Position numbers and translations under genes: made by a program. DNA of 64,000 nt from Chlorokybus atmophyticus (Eukaryota; Plantae; Mesostigma and Chlorokybus algae), in contig RHPI01003389.1 in NCBI GenBank assembly GCA_009103225.1, positions 956,864-1,020,863 of the forward strand, written 5' to 3'. Shown here one piece after another: positions 1-10,639 of this stretch; position 1 is the stretch's first letter, and every line of letters starts with the position of its first letter. The notes under the pieces were generated by a model, which was given only the letters and a program-made list of their open reading frames with translations, did not search any database and was not told where the DNA came from.

Positions 1-748
1 TGGTAGGGTGGCTGTTAGTAGTTGTCTGCTTGGTTAGCTTCTACAAGAGCTTGATCAGTATAGTAGTAGTAGTAGTAGCTTGTAGGTTTTATGTGATAGC
101 ATTACGTACTGTATGTAATAATAACAACATTATTTTATTTATTTTTATTGCATTCCTACAAGTGCTGCTTGTGTGGTGGCCAAATCATTGTATGCTGCGC
201 GAAATTGTTTGGATTGATTATAGCATGTGGTATCATACAAGTTGTACGGGAGCAATATTCATTAGCATATATTGATAGGGATTCTGGATAAGGATTGCTG
301 TCGACCAACGGCGCATTGATTTTGTATGTATTCCACATTGATATCATATATATCAATATTGTTAAATGCTGTTAATATGACCGCATGAAATTGGTACAAA
401 CTTAATAATCGATTCAACATAAATGTCACATTGATTAACGCTAATCCTGTGTTGAATGAACGTACCCTTACGTTGGTGACGAGGGTCGTCACCCTTATTG
501 TTACGTTAATTAGAGTGAAGTAAATAGTCATAGACTATTAAATATAAACGATGATGTGATTGTTGAGTATGTAATATGATTTAATTGATATTGCTTTGCC
601 ATTCTTTATGATCATGACCGAAACATGTACATCAGTATTCATACATCCATTGTATGATGTGCCAGCATTGGCACACAATAGATGCACTCCTTATCGTTCA
701 TAACTCTCAACACTGGCACTTAATGTTTATGTGCCAACTCTTAAACGA

Positions 749-1844
749 TGTGACGGTGCTCGTGCCTTGTCACCAATGAGTTGGTCCAATCAACAACCCT
801 CTCACCAAGGCACGATATTCACAACGGAACCTTGCCCCCTCTGCCAAGCACACACGCGCGCCCCGCCACTCGCGTATGCACGCGCACGCGCTCGAAGCTA
901 CACACCGACTTGTGTAGCGCCTTGGATCGTCACACAAGCAAGCACACACCAGTGGACACACGCTAGCAACCCCTGCTAACCACCACTAGGCTTGCACACA
1001 AGAATTTAGGAAGCTAAAGGTTGTATGGCACATTGTAGAATGTCGCTTTTATACCTACCAGTCTGCACATGCTACTGTCTAGACGATTCCTGTACTACAC
1101 AAAACTAGATGCTAAGATGGTATTGCAGAACCTTGTACAGTCTAACCTCGATAAGTGCATACCATCAGGAACGGGCTTATGTATGCACTTATCGCGTTTA
1201 TGCATCCTCGTTAAGTGCATAAATTATGCACCCGCTTTAAGTGCATATATTATGCACTTAGGCTTGGCATAAGTGCATAATCTATGCACTTATTGAGTAA
1301 ACCTAATCCTGAGTTACGTTGTAACGTGTACGACCGTAACTATAATACACTATAATTATACTTTGTCTGTAACTTAAGCGTAATTTAGCTTAATAAGTGC
1401 ATAGACACACCAAAGGTTAGGCATTTCAAGGTATGCACTTATTGATAAATGCATATGCTCTTAACGCACAGGTCCTCCCCCTGAAGACGTCGGTGATGGC
1501 CGAATTTATGCACTAAACGCGGATATGCACTAATCGAATATGCACTTATCGAGGATAGACTGTAGTATACTTCTGTACCTTTCTTACGAACCAAAGATCT
1601 CCTGGTAGGTGCTCATATGGTCAAGTTATATTATTTGGCGCCAGGCCCTTCCAACAATCTGGTCGAGCCCTTCTCGACTGGCCCTCCGTTTTCTGGCACC
1701 TTCCGGACTGGTCTTGGGGCCCCTGTCGATGTCCGCGGCAGACTCGTAACTGGCCGATATCTACCATAAGTCATGAAAACGTGGTGCTCGATAAATGGGC
1801 CAAAAAAGGTCCTAAATTCATGAAACTTGGCCTCGCTTGTTACC
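749..1844 (-). repeat. 3' LTR of the gypsy element, interrupted by a MITE
   Basis: Starts TGTGACGG and aligns with 27830-28488 once 1138-1564 is removed. Flanked on the internal side by the polypurine tract (plus-strand CCTCCTCCCCCCT, about 1843-1856). Confidence 0.9.
1138..1562. mobile_element. 425-bp Tc1/mariner (pogo-like) MITE
   Basis: TIRs CAGTCTAACCTCGATAAGTGCATA / TATGCACTTATCGAGGATAGACTG. TA duplicated on both sides. Absent from the sister LTR. Internal TAAGTGCATA repeats. Confidence 0.92.
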
Positions 1845-1859
1845 CTCCTCCCCCCTAGG

Positions 1860-4572
1860 TGAGCTTCGTCCTCGAAGCTCTCAAGGATTCTTTGGTTGTT
1901 GTTGTAAGAACTGTTGCAGGGTATGTTGTGCATTTACCAAGTGCTCTTCCGGTTCCCAAGTGGCTTCATGCATCGGGTAGCCTTTCCACTTCACCAACTA
2001 TTTGCGCACGTTGCGCACCATCTTCTCACCCAATAGGTCCTCCACTTCGTATTTCACATAATCTTCCGTAGCAAACTCAGACGGTGGACGTAATGGTGGG
2101 TCTCCTCGATATAAATTCAGCAGGGATATGTGAAAGACAGAGTGGATGTGCATAGAGTCGGGCAATTGCAACTTGTACGCCACGTCCGAAATCACTTTGA
2201 TAACTTGCAATGGCCCAAGCCAGCGCTTAATTAACTTGCGCACTCCAGCACGCACCTGTAAGTCCTTGCAGAAAGCAATACCATGTCGCCTTCTCGAAGT
2301 GTGACATGTCGACGATGCGCGTTTGCGTACTGTTTTTGCCTATTTGGTGCCACCAATAGCGCCTCTCTCGCTTGTTGATGTCCGCATACATTGTAAAAAA
2401 ATCGCTTACTGCTTCCACATCAACGGCACTTTATCGCGGGGTCCACGCCGTCAGCGGTGTCAGCGGGTGTTGGCTGTAGTTCATGAGAAAGGGTGTGACA
2501 CCCGTGCTTGCATTGGTGTGGTTGTTGATGACAAATTCCACCACTTCCAGCAATTCCGCCTGATTGTCTTGCCGTGCATTCACGTAGCAGCGCAACATAA
2601 CTTCAATCACACGGTTGGCTCGCTCCATTTGGCCATCAGTTTGCGGGTGGAAAGCCTTGCTAAACTTTAAGGTAGTAGTATCCAGTGCACTATGCAGCGC
2701 CTCCCAAAACTTACTTGTGAAGCGAGGATCATGATCGCTCACAATACTTCGTGGTAGTCCCTGGGAACGAAAGACATGCTTCATGAACAAGCTTGCTGCC
2801 TCTGTGGCTGTGCAAGACTCACAACACGGTGCCAAGCATACCATTTTGCTGGTTTTGTCTACGAACACGAGTATTGCCTCGTACCCTTCTGTTGTCTTTA
2901 GCAGCCCCGGTATAAAGTCCATAGTAACTTGCTCCCGCTTGAACAATGGCACGGGAAGGAGGTTGTAGCAACCCACCTGGCTTGTGGTTGCTTGCTTTCA
3001 CCCTTTGACATGTGTCGCGCAACGCCACATAGACGCGTACACCACGATGCATCTCCCGCCAGTAAAAGCGTTGTTTCAAGCTTGTCAACGTCCTCTCCAC
3101 TCCTTGGTGGCCAGCAATGGGTATGTCATAAGCTTGCTTTGAAAGTTGAATGCGCATATGTGCAACATTGGGGATGTACAAGCGGCCATGATGCCATAGT
3201 AGGCCGTCTTGCTTTGTCCAATGTCCACTTGTGTCCGTTGCTGTGCTCTCCATGTCTCGCAAGATTCTCCTACCTTCTGTGTCTTCGCAAAGCACTTGTC
3301 GATCTGGTCGGCCCACTCCGGTTGCACTTGAGCGAGTGCTTCAATCGCATTCAATCGGTTTAGCGCGTCGGCCACACTATTAGACGTATCGGGCTTGTAC
3401 TTGATCTCAAAATCAAAAAGTTGAAAGACTCTCCGACCACCGCGCTTGTCTCCGGCTCAGATGTGGTTGTGTCTGTAAGCACCTTAATGGGGAATGGTCC
3501 ATCTCCAGCACGAACCTTTTGCCCTTAAAAAAGCATCGCCATTGCCACAGCGCCATCACTTGCGCCAATAGCTCCTTCTCGTGCACAGGGTAGTTCAGCT
3601 CTGCTCCACTCAATTTCTTGGTAAAAAACGCGAAGTTGAAGACCCATGCCTTGGTCTTGCTGTAACACAGCTCCCACAGCTGTGTCGGATGCGTCACAAG
3701 CTAAAATGAAGGGTTTGTCCATGTCGGGGTGAGCCAAGATGGGTGCCTCTGTCCACGCCTTCTTCAACGCAGCAAATGCGTGCTCTTCTTTTGTAGACCA
3801 GCTCCAAAACTTCCCTTTCTTTAGTAGGGTGGTCAAAGGGGCCGCAATGCGTGAAAATCCCATGATAAACTTGCGATAGTACCCCGCAAGGCCCAAGAAC
3901 GACATTATCTCCTTCACGTTGGTCGGGGCAGACCATTCGTGCACCACTTGCACTTTGTTGGGTCGGGCTTGATCTCTTCGTGTGACACAATGTGACCCAG
4001 GTACTCCACCTCGCGTAGCAGAAACTTGCACTTCTGTAGCTGAGCATACAGCTCGTGCTCGCGTAAACGCTGCAACACACACCGTAGAAGACTCACATGC
4101 TCGTCTTCGAGTACACAAGAGTGTCGTCGAGGTACACGAGGACTCCCTTACCTAGCAAGTCAGCAAAAACGCTGTTCATCAACGTCTGAAATGTCGCTGG
4201 CGCGCTCGTAAGCCCAATCGACATCACTAACCACTCATAATGTCCATAGCGTGTGTTGAACGCTGTCTTCTCCACGTCTTCAGGTGCGATGCGGATCTGA
4301 TAATAACCTCCAGCAAGATCAAGTGTGGTAAAGTACTGCGCACCTTGTAGCTGCTCCAGCAACTCGTCAATACGCAGTAGTGGAAAGCAGTTCTTCTTTG
4401 TAATGGTGTTGAGCGCTCGGTAGTAGTCAATGCACATACGCAGGCTCCCGTTCTTCTTTCGCGCGAACAGTATAAGTGCACCATAAGGTGACTTACTTGG
4501 CCGGATGTAACCTCTCTTGAAAAGATCCGCTATCTGCTTCTTGGCCTCCTCCAGCTCCAGAGGTGACAACAT
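1860..4572 (-). pseudogene. Gypsy pol remnant: RT, RNase H, integrase, chromodomain
   Basis: RT (YIRPSKSPYGA, LRMCIDY, VYLDD), RNase H (FILACDAS, YPVHEKELLA), integrase (HPQTDGQMER), GPY/F motif (RWLGPLQV) and chromodomain (LVKWKGY...ATWEPEEHL). Many frameshifts. Confidence 0.93.
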
Positions 4573-5690
4573 AATTCATATGATATATCATACAATTGCA
4601 ATATTTTTCCCGTGCCGGCCGATTGAATATCGGCAACGGCCGTGCACCTGAGGATACTTATTTAGACTGTCATGGCTCAGTCCACCTGAAATCTCGACAC
4701 ATGTGCCTGAGTATAACGGCCGTTCCCGGCCGTTTACGCAAATGGACTGACTTGGACGGTCAGGTACCTGTCAGTTACATATCCGTTAGGCAAAAGGGAC
4801 TTAACCTAACCAACCGGTACCTGTTGGTTAGGTACAGTTAGTGTACCGATGACTGTACACTAACTCAGTATGACCAACAGGTACCTCATGGTACCTTTTC
4901 CCTATCGACCGTTATTGATAGGTACGTCTGAAGGTATCTATTACTACCGTTCAGGTCATGATTAGATACTCAAATGCATGACAAGCAAGACGGCAACTGA
5001 AATAAAAAACTATCATATATATTGCAAGTTATAAAAGTACTACAATGTATGTACAATCTGAACTACCTATTGTGAGCTCCTACTACTATTACTACTACCC
5101 TAGTCCAAGGCCTTAAAAGAAACCGGCGCTCCTGCACCGCGCTCCACCTCCGCCGTCGCTCCTTATCCACCGCCGCTCCTGCAAAGGACAAAGCAATTAC
5201 TTAAGCGGCGTCAAAAGCAACATACACAACCTTCACACTCGCATGCTGTCGCTTACCATACCGCCGCCGCCGCCGCTGCCTTGCCTAGCTTGGCCTGGCC
5301 TGGCCTGGCTTGGCCTGGTCTGGCCTGGTTTGGCCTGGCTTGGCCTAGTTTGGTCTGGCCAGGGCCGCCCTGAGATAAGAACGGCAATTAGCTTGCATGC
5401 GCATAATAACGTCAGCATACAAGCTTACTTCCTGTAGGCCGTCGCCGTCGCCGCCGCCGCCGCCCAGCGCTCACCTGTTCAACACTTCAAGCCCTTGGGC
5501 AGCCCAAGTCATTCAAACGCTCAACGGTACAATGGCATCGTCATACTATTCAGATGGTACAATTATGTCATTATAGCAATGGAAATTTTGTGCCATCAAT
5601 ATGGTACGATAATTGCATTGTACTACCGTCCCGACTTATCGGCATTACTTGCCGACATATAGGCACGGGCGGTAACTTGCTAGCGTAAAC
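4571..5690 (+). mobile_element. Divergent non-coding fragment related to the left end of the large TIR transposon
   Basis: About 4595-4690 resembles 7556-7650 (TGCAATATTTTTCCC.TGCCGGCCGA...GGCAACGGCCGTGCACCTGAGGA). Interrupts gypsy pol just upstream of RT. Its boundaries are ambiguous. Confidence 0.6.
5285..5362. repeat. (GGCCT/GGCTT)n pentanucleotide microsatellite
   Basis: Direct reading of the sequence. Confidence 0.85.
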
Positions 5691-6329
5691 CGTCGCAATA
5701 TGTTTTCCCTGCCGGCCGACTAAAAATTTGGCAACGGCCGTGCACCTGAGGATATTAATTTAGATTGTCGTGGCTCAGTCCACCTGTAATCTTAATACAG
5801 GGACCTAATAGTAACTTCCGTTACTATCAGGCCCTTTTTGTTACAATCTAGTCTTTAACAGTTGACTATGCCTAATTAACAGGCGCCTGTCAGTTACCTA
5901 TCAGGCCTTAGCAGGTGACTATGCCTACTTAACAGCGGAAAGGTCACTTGATAGGGACTAACAGTAACTGGTTTGCCATAGTAGGTAGGCCGCGCATACT
6001 TTTTGATGGTCAGGGTACGACTGACGGTTGGCCGTCATTGTATGTGACCAAAATGTGACTTATTCGCTATACAGATAGGTCGCCATCGCGCAAACGGGAC
6101 GACCGACAATCGGCTGTCACCTTAAAGCGCGGTGTTGCCGTCACAGGCAGGCCGCCGTCGATTGTACCTATCGGCCGATCGCTTGCCGTTGGTATATGTT
6201 GCTTAGTAGTAACGACCGTCCAAAAAAGTCCCTTTATGGACCAATACGTTACGTCAGGTGGGATCAGGCAGGGTCAGGCACCCGTCAGTCCCTTAGTCCC
6301 TTGTCAGTGACCGTGTAAAATTTATGACG
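5691..6329 (+). mobile_element. 639-bp MITE with the termini of the large Plavaka-type element
   Basis: Left end CGTCGCAATATGTTTT is identical to 7556, and about 230 bp match 7556-7790. Right end AAAATTTATGACG with a subterminal GTCAGTCCCT tract like 26885-26939. Flanked by AC on both sides. Confidence 0.8.
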
Positions 6330-7555
6330 ACGATAAAGGCCTATAGGGTGGCTTGTGCACGCTTTTGATCAACTCCACACGGTGATCAACGCTCCGTGAG
6401 GGTGGCAGACCAGCTGGAAGTCCGTCCGCCGTGATATCTTAGTGTTCCTAAACAAGTTTGCGCACCTCGGGGTCCATCGTGGCTGTCTCGCTGCAGTCAC
6501 TCAGCTTCGGTGCTGACTTTGCTGTACTCTGACGCACCACACACAACCATGCAGCCTTCGCTTTTTGTGGGGATAGCAGCTTCCTCAATTGCACATAGGA
6601 GACTTGAGCAAAGAGCTACTTCCAACTGATTGCGCGTGCGGGGCCTTTCCGGTGCTTGTATCCCCTTGCAGGTGCTCAACACACGTGCGCATACTTGCCT
6701 TAGCGAAGTCGCACGCAGCTATGACAAAGCCCTTCTTGCTTTCCTCGCAAGTGGTTTTCCACTTCGATGGAGCACGCGTGTAGACCTAAAATGGACTCTT
6801 CATCGTTTCCGTTGATGGTGAGCACACGCTTCTTCCAATCGATAGATGGGTTATGTTGCCACAGCCACAGTAGTCCATAAATTTCATCAAACCGGTTCCG
6901 TAGGGTGATGCAGCAGAAACGCATATTCTCCTTCAACTTCCCCATGTGAACACACAACTCCTCGATTAAGAACGCAGCAACGGTACCTCCAGAGGGTGGT
7001 TCCCCATCAGCGAGTTTTACGTTTCCTCCTCGTAATGGTGAGAGCCAACCGTAGCGCCGTGCAACCTCCTCACTCATGAAGTTGCTATTTGCTCCACTAT
7101 CAACCATAAGGTTGCAACTCCCTCCATTGTCCTCGATCATCGCAAATGCGTGCTTGAAGCTTAACGTACTTTGTTGTCTCCTCGCTTGCATAACTTACCA
7201 CCATGGGCCTGTTCAAAGCCACCTCCATTTTCATTCTTCCTTGGTTGCGATGTCACAATCTTCATTTCTGCGTGAGGATCCCCCTCATCCCCAGCAGTAG
7301 CCTCCTTACCTACTGGGGGAGTCGTTTCCCTGATCCTCCACGCCATCTTCCTCCATTGCGTTGATGCGTCGTGCGCGATATGTGTTGCCAGCTGATGCAG
7401 ACGTTTGCGTGCGCCGCTTCGAGCAATTGAACGCTAAATGTTCTATCAAACCGCACACGTAACACTTGCGCACGCTGCTACCTGCCTCACCACGTCCACC
7501 GTGCTTCGCCACGCCGTTACGCGTGTATACGGCACCCACCTCCATTGGTGATGGT
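6330..7555 (-). pseudogene. Gypsy gag zinc knuckle, aspartic protease and spacer remnant
   Basis: PSPMEVG motif, CCHC knuckle CYVCGLIEHLAFNC, protease LMVDSGANSNF and IYGLLWLWQHNPSIDW. Confidence 0.88.
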
Positions 7556-7739
7556 CGTCGCAATATGTTTTCCCTGCCGGCCGACAAAATATTGGCAACG
7601 GCCGTGCACCTGAGGACACTAATCTAGACTGTCGTGGCTCAGTCCACCTATAATCTTAATACAGGGACCTAATAGTAACTTTCGTTACTATCAGGCCCTT
7701 TTTGTTACATTTTAGTCTTCAACGGTTGACTATGCCTAA

Positions 7740-8030
7740 TTAACAGGCGCCCGTTAATTACCTATCAGGCCTTTACAAGTGACTTTGTATAATTTACAGG
7801 CACCTGTTAATTACACATCATGCCTTACTAGGTGACTACAACTAATCAACAGGCACCTGTAAGTTATACATCAGGCCTTAACAGGTGACTACACCTAATT
7901 AGCAGGCACTTGCAAATTACACATCAGTCTTACTTTTGTGACTCAGCCTATGTGACAGGCACCTGCAGGTTACACACCAGTCCAGCGCAGGCGACTAAGC
8001 CTAATTCACAAGCACCAACTAGGTAATTAT
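7740..8030 (+). repeat. Subterminal tandem repeat, about 53-bp period, 5-6 degenerate units
   Basis: CAGGCACCTGT..TTACACATCAGGCCTTA..GGTGACT units start at 7744, 7797, 7850, about 7903 and about 7956. Mirrored at about 59900-60200. Confidence 0.85.
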
Positions 8031-8348
8031 CGACAAAATAAGGCATTCTTTAACAACTGAAGGTGATTGATGCCTAACTGTCGTCATATGTATTTGCATA
8101 GCTTGACTACACGCGACTGTCACTGACTGCTAGCATTGTTATGTGCCTGTGCTGTGTACATGTACCTGAAATGTGTACAATGTCTCTCAGTCACGTGCCA
8201 AGGCTTGTAGCTCGATTATGTGACTTGAATGCTGTTCTGTCGTATATCATAGGGATGCAAGTATTGACATGCATGGGCATAATGACGATCGAGTGAGCTG
8301 GTTTAAGATGCACAACACTCAGTCACAAGAGCCTTGTAGCTATGTACA

Positions 8349-10202
8349 CTACCAGCTAAACGGACTACCAACTGCGCTACAGCTCCTCTCCATCATCGCT
8401 TTGCTCGTCATCATGGAACAAAGCACCACGCGCGGGGCCTGTGGAGGAGACGCCGGAGCTTGCTCTTCCTCCTTAAACGGTTGTGCCAGCCAATTAAATG
8501 CCGCTTCTGCCTCAGCGAGCGGGTCACGAGCTGCTGTCTCTTGCGGCCGGCGCCGATTGGGATCTTTCAGGTATTCAACACAAAATGCAGTGCGGCGTTT
8601 CACAAGGGTGAATGGCTGGAGGGCTGCGTACCGTTGCCTCATCTCCCGCTTCATTGACATGATTATGGTGTTGATTTCGCTGAGGTACTCTTCATGTGTG
8701 TCTATGCTGGCAGCTAGGAGAGGGTCTCCATCCTTGCCCTTTAAGATGCGCTCCACCTGCGTAGTTTACAGGCATGTCTTAGTGGCATCGAAAGCCACTA
8801 TTCACTGCAACGCGCCTGCAAGCCTGTAGTTTGGGGCTACAGCATTCCTGAATGCTAATGACGGTATTCAGAGTGCTCACCGTAAGCAACAGGTATGCAA
8901 GGTGGTTAACTGTCAGCTGCCGGCGACCAGGTGTAGTGACGGCGTAAGACCAGCATTGCACGATCATTTGCCAGATTATGGGATTGCCCCATGCATGGAT
9001 GTATCTCCTCCGCTCCGGGTCTGTAGTGTCGGTCACCTCAAATCTCCGCCATGACTTGCCTGCGACAGTCATACCAACAAGGCATTAGCCACGATATGGA
9101 TAAATCAAGTTGAGCCTGCACCAGGCTAAAATAGTGCCATTGACTTACTTTGGAGCGCGTTGCGCATCTGGGCTTTTTGGGTCTCGAGGTCCATTAGGGC
9201 GTCGATGTGCCTGATTGAATCGGTTACAATAGGCGAGATGAGTACGTGTGTATGGAGGCTGAGTAAGAAGGCAGTCTTGCATAGCAGACATGGTGGTGAG
9301 GGACCCAACTGACTTGCGCTTGTTGCTGTTAAATAGTGTTCACTTGTGCTCCTTCTCGAGGACATGCTTGATGTTGGTGACGTTCTCAGACCGGACCTGC
9401 GTAGCTTTCTTCAAGGCGACACTCCAGTGGAAGGGGCACTTCTTGGGAGTCCAATACACCTCATAGAAGTTGGCCGCATCGGCCTCGTCGTCATGGTCGA
9501 AGCCAACTACCTATCACGGGCTGGTTGGTCAGTGTCACGGTGCAGTGCGGTCATGAAGCATTCACAGCACCTGACACATGATGTTACGAATAGTGTCCTT
9601 CTTGGGATAAACGTGGCTCTTTACCCAGTGGCCGTTTATGATTTCAACGACGGCATCTCGCAAATGCTGTCCACAGAAGAACAATCCGTTACACACATAC
9701 ACACAGTGTCACAGTGTCACACAGTGCTTACCTCGTTGCCAATCTTCCACTTGCTTGGGGAAGGGTTGCTGACGGCCGAGGTTGCCACGTCACGACCAAA
9801 TGCGTTTGGGTTGGGGGTTTCAATCGACCCTCTGCAAGCACAACCACATGAGTCATGCTGCAAGCCATGAAAGATGCAACCCTCACAGTTGCACAAGAAG
9901 AACAATGTGCACAGTGTGTCCAGAACGCATGCAGTGAGTCACTGTGCTAGTCATGAAAGAAGCAAGCATCCAACTTATAAGTCGAGCAAGAAGCAACGTG
10001 CACAGTGCATCAAGAACGCATGCAGTCTAGCTTGCCCTTGCGACTGCGGTGTCAGGTGGAGTTGTTGTGATGTGCTGGGCGTTAGCGCGGGGTCTTGCTG
10101 CGATTGGTTGGCGACGGTTGCCTAGTTGAACACTGGGGGCAATGTGGACAACTGGCGCCGACCTCCACGACGAGGTGCACCTACGGATGGACCACGAGGC
10201 AT
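8349..10202 (-). pseudogene. Spliced cargo gene of unknown function, with stops and frameshifts
   Basis: ATG at 10202 (MPRGPSVG...). GT-AG-bounded exons encode protein-like text (HLRDAVVEIINGHWVKSHVYP, FYEVYWTPKKCPFHW, ERILKGKDGDPLL). No recognisable family. Confidence 0.5.
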
Positions 10203-10389
10203 CTCTTCAATTGATAGTCGGGTGCCGCCTGTTTAGTTGATAGTGGCGCTGCCGCCTCCAACGCTGCCGCCGCCGGTTGGCCCGCCCGAATCTACGAGGC
10301 GCGAAAACGAAAATAAAATAAGGCGGTTTTGAACGTCTAGAGTCCCGCACTAGAGTCGCACTTGTAGTGCGTTCTTGCTCCTATGGTTG

Positions 10390-10540
10390 ATGGTACGAAT
10401 TATGCATTCGTGCCATCCATGCTTCGTACAACCATTGGTAATCACGGTTGTGTCGTAACATTTATGGTACGACAGAGGCATCTCTTGTCCAACCCGAGCC
10501 ATTGCCGTACAATGGCTCTGTCGTACCATCCATGGTACGA
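10390..10540. promoter_or_regulatory. Cluster of four ATGGTACGA motifs in a divergent intergenic region
   Basis: Exact 9-mers at 10390, 10464, 10521 (reverse complement) and 10532, plus CCGTACAA at 10505. Confidence 0.55.
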
Positions 10541-10639
10541 AAGAGGCATTGCTCGATCAGCCCTAATGGGAGTTAGCGTGCACTTACCCAAACACGCTTC
10601 ATTAAAGGCCGGATGATGGCACGCAAGGGCACCAGGTCG

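Noticed and set aside
1-748. Short ORFs in the AT-rich left flank
   Set aside because: No recognisable motifs, stops in all plausible frames, and no supportable call.
7740-8030. CRISPR-like array
   Set aside because: The units are degenerate tandem repeats without unique spacers, lie subterminal to a TIR in a eukaryote, and no cas genes are present.
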